DNA from: an uncultured delta proteobacterium | GTDB taxonomy: Bacteria > Desulfobacterota > Binatia > UBA9968 | Direction of reading: 5' to 3' | NCBI GenBank assembly: GCA_963745835.1 | Contig: CAVUZH010000014.1 | Location: 128,001 to 192,000, forward strand | Length of the DNA stretch: 64,000 nt | In this document: piece by piece, positions 31,703 through 41,088 of the stretch | Position numbering within the stretch: position 1 is the stretch's first letter | Layout of the letters: each line of letters starts with the position of its first letter | The notes under the pieces: model-generated | Seen by the model: only the letters and a program-made list of their open reading frames with translations | Told to the model about the DNA's origin: nothing | The model's database searches: none | Translations under genes and position numbers: made by a program

Positions 31703-32185
31703 TTAGGACTTACCTGTCTGCCGCAGTGCGTTAACCAATTCGTCGTAATGCGCCCCGTGAGGTATAAACGTCACCTGACGTTTGCTGCCCTCACGATACA
31801 TCAGCTTAATTTCCAGATGATCGCCCACCTCGTCGGCGGGAAAATACTCGAACCACTCGATCAGGCTAACGCCGTTCGAGTAGAGGTACTCTCGGAGATT
31901 TAATTCTTCGAGCTCGTCCGTGCTTTCGATTCGGTAAAGATCGATGTGATAAATGGGTAGGCGACCATGATACTCATTGACAAGTGTAAACGTGGGACTG
32001 CGAATCCACGTTTCTTGGCTGACCTCCAACCCCTCGGTCAAGCCTCTCACAAAACACGTCTTGCCCGTTCCCAGTTCTCCGACAAGACCAATAATTTCGC
32101 CGCCTTGCAACAGCTTTCCTAAGCTATTGCCCAAGCGTCGGGTATGCTCGGCGGAGCGCGAAATAACCGCCCAATGCATCAGCAA
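31703..32185 (-). CDS. tsaE: t6A biosynthesis ATPase TsaE
   Basis: GELGTGKT, SPTFTLVNEY, HIDLYR, LIEW. Confidence 0.95.
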   Translation of the reverse strand: MLMHWAVISRSAEHTRRLGNSLGKLLQGGEIIGLVGELGTGKTCFVRGLTEGLEVSQETWIRSPTFTLVNEYHGRLPIYHIDLYRIESTDELEELNLREYLYSNGVSLIEWFEYFPADEVGDHLEIKLMYREGSKRQVTFIPHGAHYDELVNALRQTGKS

Positions 32186-32232
32186 CGCCGCTCCATAAAC
32201 ACAACTAGTATATTTTGCAGGAAATTTCGAGT

Positions 32233-33786
32233 CTAAACGGCAGCCGATAGGGTGCGAAGACCAGCGGGTAATCCGTCGATGATATCGGAAGCAATCATGC
32301 CGAGCATCCCTCGCTTCGCAGCAATTCGGTCCGCGATAAAACCATGCAGATAAACCGCCAACTTCATCGCCTCTTCAGAAGAGAGCCCTTGGGCGAGGAG
32401 CGCTGCCAAGATGCCTGCGAGAACGTCCCCCATGCCACCGCTGGCCATGCCCGGATTGCCCGTCGGATTGATGGAAATTTTGCCGGCAGGCGTGGCGAGA
32501 ACTGTGCGCGCGCCCTTAAGCACTACATAGCAGCGATGTTCGGTCGCAAATGCACGCGCCACGCCGATGCGGTCCTTGTTAACGTCCCGTGCGTCTTTGC
32601 CGATGAGCCGCGCCATCTCACCTGGATGAGGCGTCAAAATCGGCGCAGTCCTGGCCTTGCGCAGCCGATCGATATCGAGGGCGAGGTTATTCAGTCCGTC
32701 GGCGTCGATCACCCAGGGTATACTCAAGTGACGTAACAGCCAACGCAAGTTGTTTCGCGTAGAATCGGTGACGCCGATGCCGGGACCAAATAACGCCACC
32801 GTCTTGCGTTCCAACAGCCGGCGCCACTCATCCTCAGTCAAAGATTCGGTTTCTTCCTCGGCAGTGTCTCGCAACGGTTCGGTCATCACCTCGATCATGG
32901 CGCCGGCAAAAACATTGTTAAGCGATCGCGGCGCTGCCAAACTAGTCAATCCCGCGCCGGCGCGCATGCATGCGCGGCTGGCGAGAATGGCCGCGCCTGT
33001 TTTCCCCCGGGAACCGGCGATCACCACGACGTGTCCATACGTTCCCTTGTGCGAATCCGGTTTCCGGACCGGAACTAACGGACGTATTTCTTCAGGGGTC
33101 AGAAGTTCTGCAGCGGGCGCCACCTCGGCTACTGCGGCCGGCTCGATGCCGATGTCGGCAACTACAAGCTCGCCGACATATCGCACGGCTGGATAGATCA
33201 CTTGCCCTAGCTTGGGATAACCCAGCGCAACGGTCATGGCAGCTTGAACGCCCCCCCCCAGCGGTGTTCCTTTGTCAGCATCCAGCCCGGAAGGTATATC
33301 AACGGCGACAATCGGCAATCCGGATTCGTTCATTGCGCGGATAACGTCGCCGTAAATTCCGCGGATCTCATTTTTTGTGCCGGTACCCAGAATCGCATCC
33401 ACCAGCAATCCTTTGCAGGCGATTGATTCGCTGAGCAATCCCAGATGATCGGCATCGATGCCGACCACCTTGCCTCCGGCTGTCAAATACCCCTCTAGGT
33501 TGTGCGCTGCGTCGCTGGAAATCTCGTTGGGTTTGGCCAACAGGGCGATTGCACAGGATACCCCTTGCTCTCTGAGCAAGCGGCCCACCACAAAACCATC
33601 GCCGCCATTGTTACCTTTGCCGGCAACGACCAAGACACCTTTGCTCGCCGGTTCGACGAAACGCTCAAGAATGGCCTTCACAACCCCCGCGCCGGCGCGC
33701 TCCATCAGCGTAAGACTCGGAATGCCATACTTCTGGATCGTCAATCGATCCATCTCGCGCATCTGCTCGGAGGTAACGACAATCAT
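32233..33786 (-). CDS. nnr: Bifunctional NAD(P)HX epimerase/dehydratase
   Basis: LMERAG, GKGNNGGDG, DAILGTG, DIPSG, HKG.YG, DADGL, TPHPGEM, GGMGDVL; probable start ATG 33786 (the ORF-track extension is repeat-derived). Confidence 0.94.
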   Translation of the reverse strand: MIVVTSEQMREMDRLTIQKYGIPSLTLMERAGAGVVKAILERFVEPASKGVLVVAGKGNNGGDGFVVGRLLREQGVSCAIALLAKPNEISSDAAHNLEGYLTAGGKVVGIDADHLGLLSESIACKGLLVDAILGTGTKNEIRGIYGDVIRAMNESGLPIVAVDIPSGLDADKGTPLGGGVQAAMTVALGYPKLGQVIYPAVRYVGELVVADIGIEPAAVAEVAPAAELLTPEEIRPLVPVRKPDSHKGTYGHVVVIAGSRGKTGAAILASRACMRAGAGLTSLAAPRSLNNVFAGAMIEVMTEPLRDTAEEETESLTEDEWRRLLERKTVALFGPGIGVTDSTRNNLRWLLRHLSIPWVIDADGLNNLALDIDRLRKARTAPILTPHPGEMARLIGKDARDVNKDRIGVARAFATEHRCYVVLKGARTVLATPAGKISINPTGNPGMASGGMGDVLAGILAALLAQGLSSEEAMKLAVYLHGFIADRIAAKRGMLGMIASDIIDGLPAGLRTLSAAV

Positions 33787-33792
33787 AATTAG

Positions 33793-33870
33793 ACCGTCCA
33801 AGCCGTTCAAAATGTTCAAAGCGTTAAAGCCGCCGGATCTAACGGCTTGAACGGCCTGAACGGTTTGAAC
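33793..33870. repeat. REP-like imperfect palindrome built from 9-bp units (NCCGTTCAA x~4 / TTGAACGG x~3)
   Basis: accgtccaa gccgttcaa aatgttcaa agcgttaaa ... aacggcttg aacggcctg aacggtttg aac. Confidence 0.75.
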
Positions 33871-33874
33871 CTGT

Positions 33875-34597
33875 TTATTCTTTAGCCTTGCTCAGCAGAT
33901 CCTTCATCTCGCGAACCGCTTGCTTGATGCCGACGATAATCGCTCGAGCAATGATACTGTGGCCGATATTGAGCTCGGCCATCTCGGGGATCTGCGCGAT
34001 GGCCAGAACATTGTCGTAATTGAGGCCGTGGCCGCCGTGAACCTCGAGTCCGAGACTCTGCGCAAGCTTAGAAGCTTCGATAATTGTCTGCAGTTGCTTC
34101 TCGCGCTCGAGGCTTAGAGCGTTGCAATAGGCGCCGGTGTGAATTTCAACCGCATGCGCGCCAGCGTCGCGGCTGGCTTCGATCTGCGCCGTCTCCGGGT
34201 CGACAAACAAACTTACGCGCACAGCGAGGCTCTGCAATCGTTGCGTCCCCTCGCGAATCTTTTGTCGATGAGAAACGACATCCAAGCCGCCTTCAGTGGT
34301 GAGCTCTTCCCGCTTCTCCGGTACGAAGCAAGCGTCATCGGGACGGACCTTTTCGGCAAAGGCGAGCATCGCCGGGGTTACGGCCATCTCCAGATTGAGC
34401 TTGGTGTGCAGGCGCTGGCGCAGGATCCGCACATCTCGCTCTTGAATATGGCGCCGGTCTTCGCGCAGGTGCACCGTGATGCCGTCGGCGCCGGCGGTTT
34501 CGGCCAGCAAAGCGGCTTCGACTGGATCCGGCACGTCTACCCGCCGCGCCTGGCGCACGGTCGCAACGTGGTCGACATTGACTCCCAAGCGAATCAA
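33875..34597 (-). CDS. pdxJ: Pyridoxine 5'-phosphate synthase
   Basis: [53 protein letters not shown]; TTG 34597 overlaps the glmM TGA. Confidence 0.96.
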   Translation of the reverse strand: MIRLGVNVDHVATVRQARRVDVPDPVEAALLAETAGADGITVHLREDRRHIQERDVRILRQRLHTKLNLEMAVTPAMLAFAEKVRPDDACFVPEKREELTTEGGLDVVSHRQKIREGTQRLQSLAVRVSLFVDPETAQIEASRDAGAHAVEIHTGAYCNALSLEREKQLQTIIEASKLAQSLGLEVHGGHGLNYDNVLAIAQIPEMAELNIGHSIIARAIIVGIKQAVREMKDLLSKAKE

Positions 34598-36045
34598 TCC
34601 TTCACTCCTATTTCCGTACGGATTTCGTCGGCGATCTCCTGCGCCATGGCGCAAATCTTATCTTCGTCTTCGCCTTCCAACATGATCCGGGCCAGCATCT
34701 CCGTGCCGGAATAGCGCACCAGCGTGCGGCCGCGGCCGTTCAGTGATTGCTCCACAGAGGCAATCGCCCGACTCACCTTTGGCATCGCCTGAAATTCTTT
34801 TCTTTCCGTCACCCGAACGTTTAACAAAATTTGCGGCATGCGCGTAAAAATACGCTTCAACTCGCCCAGGCGTTTACCCTTTTCGACCATGAGCGCGAGC
34901 ACCTGCAAGCAGGTAATGGCGCCATCCCCGGTGGTATTGTGGTCCAAAAACAGAATGTGTCCGGACTGTTCGCCGCCGAGATTGTAGCCACGTTCGAGCA
35001 TGCGCTCGACCACGTAACGATCGCCCACCTCGGTTCGCTCGAGATTCACCCCGATCGCTTTAAGGGCAAGATCGAGGCCGAGATTGCTCATCACCGTGGC
35101 CACGACCGTGCGTCCTTTGAGGGTGCCCTTTTCCTGCATGTCTTTGGCGCAAATGGCCAAGACTTGATCGCCATCGAGAACCTCACCCGCCTCGTCGATA
35201 AAGATAGCGCGGTCGGCATCGCCATCCAGAGAAACGGCAAAATCGGCTTTCTCGTGGAGCAACACGTCGCGCGCTGTTTCGGGGTAGAGAGCGCCGCAGT
35301 GGTGATTGATATTTTCTCCGTCGGGATGCACCCCTATGGGAATCACCTGAGCGCCCAGTTCCGATAACATTTCGGGAACCACTCGGTAGGCCGCGCCGTG
35401 ACCGCAATCCACCACAATGCGCAGGCCCTCCAGGGTCAAATGACGCGGAAAACTATTCTTGACGAAGACATTGTAACGCCCTACTGCGTCGGAAATGCGA
35501 AACGCCTTGCCGATTTGCGACGCGGTGGGCCGCTCGCGATCGGCTTCTCCACTGAAAATCATCTCTTCCATGCGCGCTTCGACTTCGTCGGGCAGCTTGA
35601 AACCGTCGAAGGAAAAAAACTTTATTCCGTTATCTTGATAGGGGTTATGAGAGGCCGAGATCACTACTCCCGCGTCGGCGCGCATAGTGCGGGTGAGAAA
35701 CGCCACCGCGGGTGTCGGTAACGGACCGACCAGTTGAACGTCCGCCCCCATTGAGCAAATCCCGGAAGCCAGCGCGGTTTCCAGCATGTAACCGGACAGG
35801 CGAGTATCTTTGCCGATAAGAATCTTATAGCGATGCGCGGTATCGCCGCCGAGAGTTTTAACCAACGATGGCGATTTCGACCGGCCCGATCCTTGAGTAG
35901 GCTGAGCGATGGGATCATGCAATACCTTGGCAATGGCTCGCCCTAGCTTTAGAGCCATTTCTGATGTCATGGGTTCCTGATTGGCAATACCGCGGACACC
36001 ATCAGTGCCGAACAGACGTCGCTTTTGTTTTTGGACTTGAGCCAT
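34594..36045 (-). CDS. glmM: Phosphoglucosamine mutase
   Basis: [52 protein letters not shown]. Confidence 0.96.
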   Translation of the reverse strand: MAQVQKQKRRLFGTDGVRGIANQEPMTSEMALKLGRAIAKVLHDPIAQPTQGSGRSKSPSLVKTLGGDTAHRYKILIGKDTRLSGYMLETALASGICSMGADVQLVGPLPTPAVAFLTRTMRADAGVVISASHNPYQDNGIKFFSFDGFKLPDEVEARMEEMIFSGEADRERPTASQIGKAFRISDAVGRYNVFVKNSFPRHLTLEGLRIVVDCGHGAAYRVVPEMLSELGAQVIPIGVHPDGENINHHCGALYPETARDVLLHEKADFAVSLDGDADRAIFIDEAGEVLDGDQVLAICAKDMQEKGTLKGRTVVATVMSNLGLDLALKAIGVNLERTEVGDRYVVERMLERGYNLGGEQSGHILFLDHNTTGDGAITCLQVLALMVEKGKRLGELKRIFTRMPQILLNVRVTERKEFQAMPKVSRAIASVEQSLNGRGRTLVRYSGTEMLARIMLEGEDEDKICAMAQEIADEIRTEIGVKD

Positions 36046-36064
36046 GATGTCGCTCCTAACCGAC

Positions 36065-36994
36065 CTATGAATGAGATTTACTGATTTTAACTTTAAAGTG
36101 CGCCGGCTTTCGCTCCGCCACTTTAATTTCAGCCGGGAGATTGAACTTCAGGTCCACAGAATGCTCGCCCGGCGGCAAGCCATCGAGATCCACATACACC
36201 TGATCTGCGCCAAGCTCCAGTTTATCGAGAATTCTGCGCGGCCCGAATAGCCGCACCTGAGCAGACTTCGGTGTTATCACGAAGTCGCCGCTAGCTCCGC
36301 GCGCGCCAATCTCGACGTTTTTGAAATCTTTGATCGAATCCTCTTCCAGAATCGTGATCGTGACCGATACTTGCTCAGGCATAAATGACAATGGCTTTCC
36401 ATCGGTTGAAAGCCGAACGCTGCGCTTGATTGAACTGCGGCTTCCTTCGACGTCGATCGGCAATGTCTCGACTAAACTCATGCGGCGGATTTCGTCAGCC
36501 GGGCCCCGCACTGAAATCGACTCGGGCTGCACCGCCGTTTCCTCGATTTTGTAGCCGGCCAAAGGCTTGCCAGAAAGCCGGATGCTCACGGGCAGTTCCC
36601 GTTTAATCACCGGGTCAAGTCGCAAGTGAAGGATCGGCGGCGTGATGCGCGCAACGGTCACTCCGCGCGGAATGTTAAACGAACTCGGTCCCAAGGGAAA
36701 GCTCAACGAACCCGATTTGCTTCCGTAAAGGTCCACTGGCAACTTCAAATCGTCGGCATCGAGAGTGGAGACTAAGGTTCGGGGACCACTGAGTCGTAAA
36801 ACAACGTAATCGACACGGTTATCGAGCACCATTAGATCGGATGGGATGTTGCGAAACTCAACGGGAACCTCAATGGCTCGTTCGATATCCCGATGGCCGG
36901 CAATCCATAGCCCTAGGGCTATGATCAAGGAGAGCACTGCCAGGCCGACATTGCTCGATGCCGTTGAACCGATTTGCCGCCAGATCTCCTTCAT
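36065..36994 (-). CDS. cdaR: CdaR/YbbR-domain diadenylate cyclase regulator
   Basis: N-terminal TM helix, repeated V.L.GP beta-rich YbbR-like domains; lies between cdaA and glmM. Confidence 0.88.
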   Translation of the reverse strand: MKEIWRQIGSTASSNVGLAVLSLIIALGLWIAGHRDIERAIEVPVEFRNIPSDLMVLDNRVDYVVLRLSGPRTLVSTLDADDLKLPVDLYGSKSGSLSFPLGPSSFNIPRGVTVARITPPILHLRLDPVIKRELPVSIRLSGKPLAGYKIEETAVQPESISVRGPADEIRRMSLVETLPIDVEGSRSSIKRSVRLSTDGKPLSFMPEQVSVTITILEEDSIKDFKNVEIGARGASGDFVITPKSAQVRLFGPRRILDKLELGADQVYVDLDGLPPGEHSVDLKFNLPAEIKVAERKPAHFKVKISKSHS

Positions 36995-37746
36995 AGCTTC
37001 ACGAGACCCTCGAGTGCGTTGCGCAGCCGCGATGCATCGAGTCTCTCGGTGAGATTGCCACCCACCACCAGTGCGATCGTACCCTCTTGTTCGGAAACCA
37101 CAATTGCTACGGCATCGGTTTCTTCCGTCACTCCGATGGCGGCGCGATGGCGAGTGCCTAGGGTCGTGCGAAGATTAGGGGTTGCGCTCAATGGCAGGAG
37201 ACAGCGAACTGCGGTTACGCGTCGTTTCTGAATCACCAGCGCGCCATCATGAATCGGCGACCCTGGTAAAAAGACGCTTTCAATGAGCTCGCGGCTGACC
37301 CGGGCGTCCAATCGGGTGCCGATCTCGATGTATTCGTTCAAACCGACTTCGCGCTCCAGCACGATCAGGGCTCCGACTCGCCTGGAAGCGAGATTGCGAA
37401 TGGCCTCGGTAACTTCTTCAATGATGTCCTCGCGCCGCTGCACCATCCTCTCGGCGCCGAAAAGTGGCGCCGTTCCCACCTGCGTCAAGGCGCGACGAAT
37501 ATCGCTCTGAAAAATCACGATTATAACGAGAATGATCGACGCTAAGAAATTATCTAAGATCCAGTTGAGCGTGAACAGACCAAGAACGCGGGATAAGACG
37601 TAGGACATCAAAATGACGGCTAGGCCGATCATCATCTGCATCGCGCGACTGCCGCGAAGCATCTGCAACAAACGGTAAATCAGATACCAAATAATGCTGA
37701 TATCTAAACCATCCTGCCAACGCAGCTGACCCAAAACTTCCGTCAT
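36991..37746 (-). CDS. cdaA: Diadenylate cyclase CdaA/DacA
   Basis: Three TM helices, FQ.DIRRAL, GALIV, HDGA, GTRHRAA, VVSE..G. Confidence 0.95.
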   Translation of the reverse strand: MTEVLGQLRWQDGLDISIIWYLIYRLLQMLRGSRAMQMMIGLAVILMSYVLSRVLGLFTLNWILDNFLASIILVIIVIFQSDIRRALTQVGTAPLFGAERMVQRREDIIEEVTEAIRNLASRRVGALIVLEREVGLNEYIEIGTRLDARVSRELIESVFLPGSPIHDGALVIQKRRVTAVRCLLPLSATPNLRTTLGTRHRAAIGVTEETDAVAIVVSEQEGTIALVVGGNLTERLDASRLRNALEGLVKL

Positions 37747-37927
37747 CGCCCACCTATATTAAGTAATTACCAAACAGTTTCGTCGTCGCCTTTCCCGATC
37801 AAGTAGTTGCCCCAAAAACTCCGTCAACGCTCACCTGAATCAAGCAAGTACCAACCAGTTTCGTCGTGGCCTTCTCTATCAAGTAGTTGACGCAAAATTC
37901 CGTCATCGCCCACCTGAATCAAGCAAA
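37724..37927. repeat. Degenerate tandem array of ~40-bp units (A-B-A-B-A, ~80-bp superperiod) between folP and cdaA
   Basis: Units start at 37741, 37781, 37822, 37862 and 37901, each cgtc..(c/g)gc...at(c/t)aag(t/c)a. Confidence 0.85.
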
Positions 37928-38812
37928 CGGCCCAAGCCGAATCGCGTCGGCCACGCGAACAGCGCGAACGGTTTCGCTCACATCGTGGACGCGCAAAATG
38001 TTGGCCCCGCTCAAGGCCGCCGCTACTGCCGCGGCCAGACTGCCTTCAAGCCGCTCCTCTGGACCCGCCGCATTTAAAATCTTCCCGATAAATGCTTTTC
38101 GTGAGACGCCGATCAACAGCGGCTGCTCAACCGATTTCAACGACTGTAAATTCTTGAGCAGCGCGAGATTGTGCGCCAAGGTTTTACCGAAGCCGATGCC
38201 CGGATCGATAATAATCTGTTCCTGACCAATTCCCGCCTGGTTAGCGCTGCGAACGCGCTCCGTCAGAAATTCTCGCACTTCCCGAATGACATCACCGTAG
38301 TGCGGCTCCCGTTGCATGGTTCGGGGCTCTCCCTGCATGTGCATGAGAATGATCGGCACGCCTTCACGGGCAACCAGCGCCGCCATCCCCGGATCGAATC
38401 GCAGCGCGCTGATATCATTGACGATGTCGGCGCCCATGTCCAAAGCGGCGCGGGCGACAGCTTCTTTGTAGGTATCAATGGAAATCGGCACTCTGGATAC
38501 ATTACGCAGCTCTCGAATCACCGGAAGCACGCGCCTTAATTCTTCGTCGAGGGATACTGGGTGAGCCCCTGGCCTGGTTGACTCGCCGCCAATATCGAGG
38601 ATTTCGGCACCCGATTCGATCATCTCGAATCCATCAGCGGCTGCTCTTGCACTATCGAATCGTTTGCCGCCGTCATAGAAGGAGTCCGGGGTTACATTGA
38701 TGATACCCATAACAACCGTATGGCACGTGATATCTATGCGGCCATGCCGAGTATCTAGAACTCGCCTCGGCGAATCATGGGCACTATCAATAGGATCTAT
38801 GGTGGAATTCAC
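37919..38812 (-). CDS. folP: Dihydropteroate synthase
   Basis: MGIINVTPDSFYDGG, DIGGESTRPG, SIDT, NDIS, MHM, DPGIGFGK, SRK, RVHDV; start uncertain. Confidence 0.96.
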   Translation of the reverse strand: MNSTIDPIDSAHDSPRRVLDTRHGRIDITCHTVVMGIINVTPDSFYDGGKRFDSARAAADGFEMIESGAEILDIGGESTRPGAHPVSLDEELRRVLPVIRELRNVSRVPISIDTYKEAVARAALDMGADIVNDISALRFDPGMAALVAREGVPIILMHMQGEPRTMQREPHYGDVIREVREFLTERVRSANQAGIGQEQIIIDPGIGFGKTLAHNLALLKNLQSLKSVEQPLLIGVSRKAFIGKILNAAGPEERLEGSLAAAVAAALSGANILRVHDVSETVRAVRVADAIRLGPFA

Positions 38813-39095
38813 ATTAAGACAGTCTACGAAGTGGCGCTCTGCCGAGCGTGCATTGCGCAGGCCGAAATGACAGAGCGAATAAGTTTGCCGCTCAACGAGA
38901 ACCGGCCTTTGGTTTGTCTCGGGTCTACAATTCTCTGCCGCTGTAGTCTATGCGGTGAGCCCAGCACCAGGCATCTATGACAATGAGAGTATTCGTTTCG
39001 CTCCCTCACTGCGTATGGGTCAGCCGGCAGAGGACTCAACTATTGCGAATCTGGATTGACATGACATTGTCGCAACTAAACGTGACCACAAGTCC

Positions 39096-39137
39096 AAAGA
39101 AGCAGGATCGTTTCGCGCCGTCACGAAACGATCCTGC
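39096..39137 (-). terminator. Intrinsic terminator after ftsH
   Basis: Perfect 14-bp stem GCAGGATCGTTTCG/CGAAACGATCCTGC (39102-39137), 8-nt loop, followed on the minus strand by TTCTTT. Confidence 0.75.
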
Positions 39138-39178
39138 GATATCAAAGATAAGACTGAGAGTAGAGTATTTAACCCGAA

Positions 39179-41017
39179 TCAAGCAACGGCTGCTGCCCGT
39201 GTCGGGTTCAGCGGGTCGCCGCCGTTGCCACTAAAGTCTCTAACGATGGCGTCGATTTCCGAGCCGTCCAAAACTTCTCGTTCAAGAAGCGATTCGGCGA
39301 CTTTGTGAAGCAGCGCCAGATTCGTTTTAAGAAGATCTTTCGCCTTGTGATAACTCTCCTGGATGATGCGTCGAACCTCACCATCGATCTCAATGGCTGT
39401 GCTTTCAGAGTAGTCAGCCGTCTGAGTGAAATCCCGCCCCAAAAAGATTTCCTCTTCCTTCTTGCCGAAAGTCATCGGACCGAGTTTTTCGCTCATACCC
39501 CATTCACAGACCATCCGGTGCGCGAGTTCAGTGGCCTTTTCGATGTCGTTTCCAGCGCCGGTTGTCATATGATTGAGGACCAGTTCCTCAGCGACCCGAC
39601 CGCCAAAGAGAATGACGAGATTATTGAGCAAATACTCTTTCGGGTACGTGTGCTTCTCATCCATCGGCAATTGCTGAGTCAAACCCAAGGCCATGCCGCG
39701 GGGAATGATGGTGACTTTGTGAATCGGATCGGCGCCGGGAAGCAGCTTCGCCACCAACGCATGCCCTGCTTCGTGAAATGCGGTAATGCGCTTTTCTTCG
39801 TCGCTGATAATCATGCTGCGCCGCTCGGCGCCCATCATCACTTTGTCTTTGGCCAGCTCAAAATCGCGCATATCGACTTTGTCTTTGTTATTGCGCGCCG
39901 CGAGCAGAGCGGCTTCATTGACCAAGTTTTCGAGGTCCGCACCGGCAAAGCCCGGCGTCGCCCGCGCCAGCACGGCGATGTCGACATCCGAGGCGACTGG
40001 AACTTTGCGGGTATGCACCTGCAAGATTCCCTCGCGGCCTTTTACATCCGGCCGTGGCACCACTACCCGCCGGTCGAACCGGCCTGGTCGCAACAGCGCC
40101 GGGTCCAAAACATCGGGCCGGTTGGTCGCGGCAATCAGGATGACACCTTCATTGGCTTCGAAGCCGTCCATCTCGACCAACAACTGATTGAGGGTTTGCT
40201 CCCGTTCATCATGGCCGCCGCCAAGACCAGCGCCTCGATGCCGTCCCACTGCATCAATTTCATCGATGAAGATAATACAAGGCGCGTTTTTCTTACCTTG
40301 CACAAAGAGATCACGTACTCGTGACGCGCCCACACCGACGAACATTTCAACGAAATCCGAGCCACTGATGCTAAAAAATGGCACGCCCGCCTCGCCTGCG
40401 ATTGCGCGGGCGAGCAGGGTCTTCCCCGTTCCGGGAGGACCCACAAGCAAGCAACCTTTAGGAATGCGGCCGCCCAGCCTGGTAAACTTTTTGGGATCTT
40501 TTAGAAACGCGATGATTTCCTGGAGATCGTCCTTAGCTTCTTCCGCGCCGGCTACATCAGAAAACGTAACCCGGTGCTGATTCTCCGTAAGCAGTTTCGC
40601 CCGGCTTTTGCCAAACGACATCGCCTTGCCGCCGCCGACCTGCATCTGGCGCATAAAGAAGACCCAGACACCAATCAGCAGTAGCATTGGGAACCAGTTG
40701 ATCAGCAGCACGTAGTACCAAGGCGAATCATCCTCGGGCTTGGCGGCAATCTTAACTTTCTTCTCACGCAGACTCTTGACCAACTCAGGGTCATCAGGGG
40801 CGAAAGTGCGGAAACGCTCGCCATTTTTGTATTTGCCTTGAATATTGTGACCCTGAATAACGACTTCTTGGACTTCTCCACGTTCCACAGCCAGCAGGAA
40901 TTCACTAAAAACAACTTCAGGATCGCGGCCGGCCTGCTTACTAAAAACGCTGAAGATGCCGAGAAGAACCAGCAGCAGGACCAACCAGAGAGCGATATGT
41001 TTTGATGATTGACTCAA
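39179..41017 (-). CDS. ftsH: ATP-dependent zinc metalloprotease FtsH
   Basis: Two TMs, [36 protein letters not shown]. Confidence 0.98.
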   Translation of the reverse strand: MSQSSKHIALWLVLLLVLLGIFSVFSKQAGRDPEVVFSEFLLAVERGEVQEVVIQGHNIQGKYKNGERFRTFAPDDPELVKSLREKKVKIAAKPEDDSPWYYVLLINWFPMLLLIGVWVFFMRQMQVGGGKAMSFGKSRAKLLTENQHRVTFSDVAGAEEAKDDLQEIIAFLKDPKKFTRLGGRIPKGCLLVGPPGTGKTLLARAIAGEAGVPFFSISGSDFVEMFVGVGASRVRDLFVQGKKNAPCIIFIDEIDAVGRHRGAGLGGGHDEREQTLNQLLVEMDGFEANEGVILIAATNRPDVLDPALLRPGRFDRRVVVPRPDVKGREGILQVHTRKVPVASDVDIAVLARATPGFAGADLENLVNEAALLAARNNKDKVDMRDFELAKDKVMMGAERRSMIISDEEKRITAFHEAGHALVAKLLPGADPIHKVTIIPRGMALGLTQQLPMDEKHTYPKEYLLNNLVILFGGRVAEELVLNHMTTGAGNDIEKATELAHRMVCEWGMSEKLGPMTFGKKEEEIFLGRDFTQTADYSESTAIEIDGEVRRIIQESYHKAKDLLKTNLALLHKVAESLLEREVLDGSEIDAIVRDFSGNGGDPLNPTRAAAVA

Positions 41018-41088
41018 CCCGAATCCTCCGATTTCAAGAACCAGAAAAGACTAACACACGCAACCAGTTAGATCAATATAGAGTTTTC

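Noticed and set aside
37741-37927. Possible degenerate CRISPR array
   Set aside because: Units are contiguous with no unique spacers, derive from the folP/cdaA junction, and there are no cas genes
38870-38895. GGCAAAC on the minus strand resembling a c-di-GMP-I riboswitch
   Set aside because: Lacks the GAAA tetraloop hairpin and the downstream GCAAAG/receptor elements
39305-40324. 339-aa plus-strand ORF
   Set aside because: Antisense shadow of ftsH, typical of GC-rich conserved genes; the same applies to shadow ORFs over glgX, lysC, mnmA and the flavoprotein
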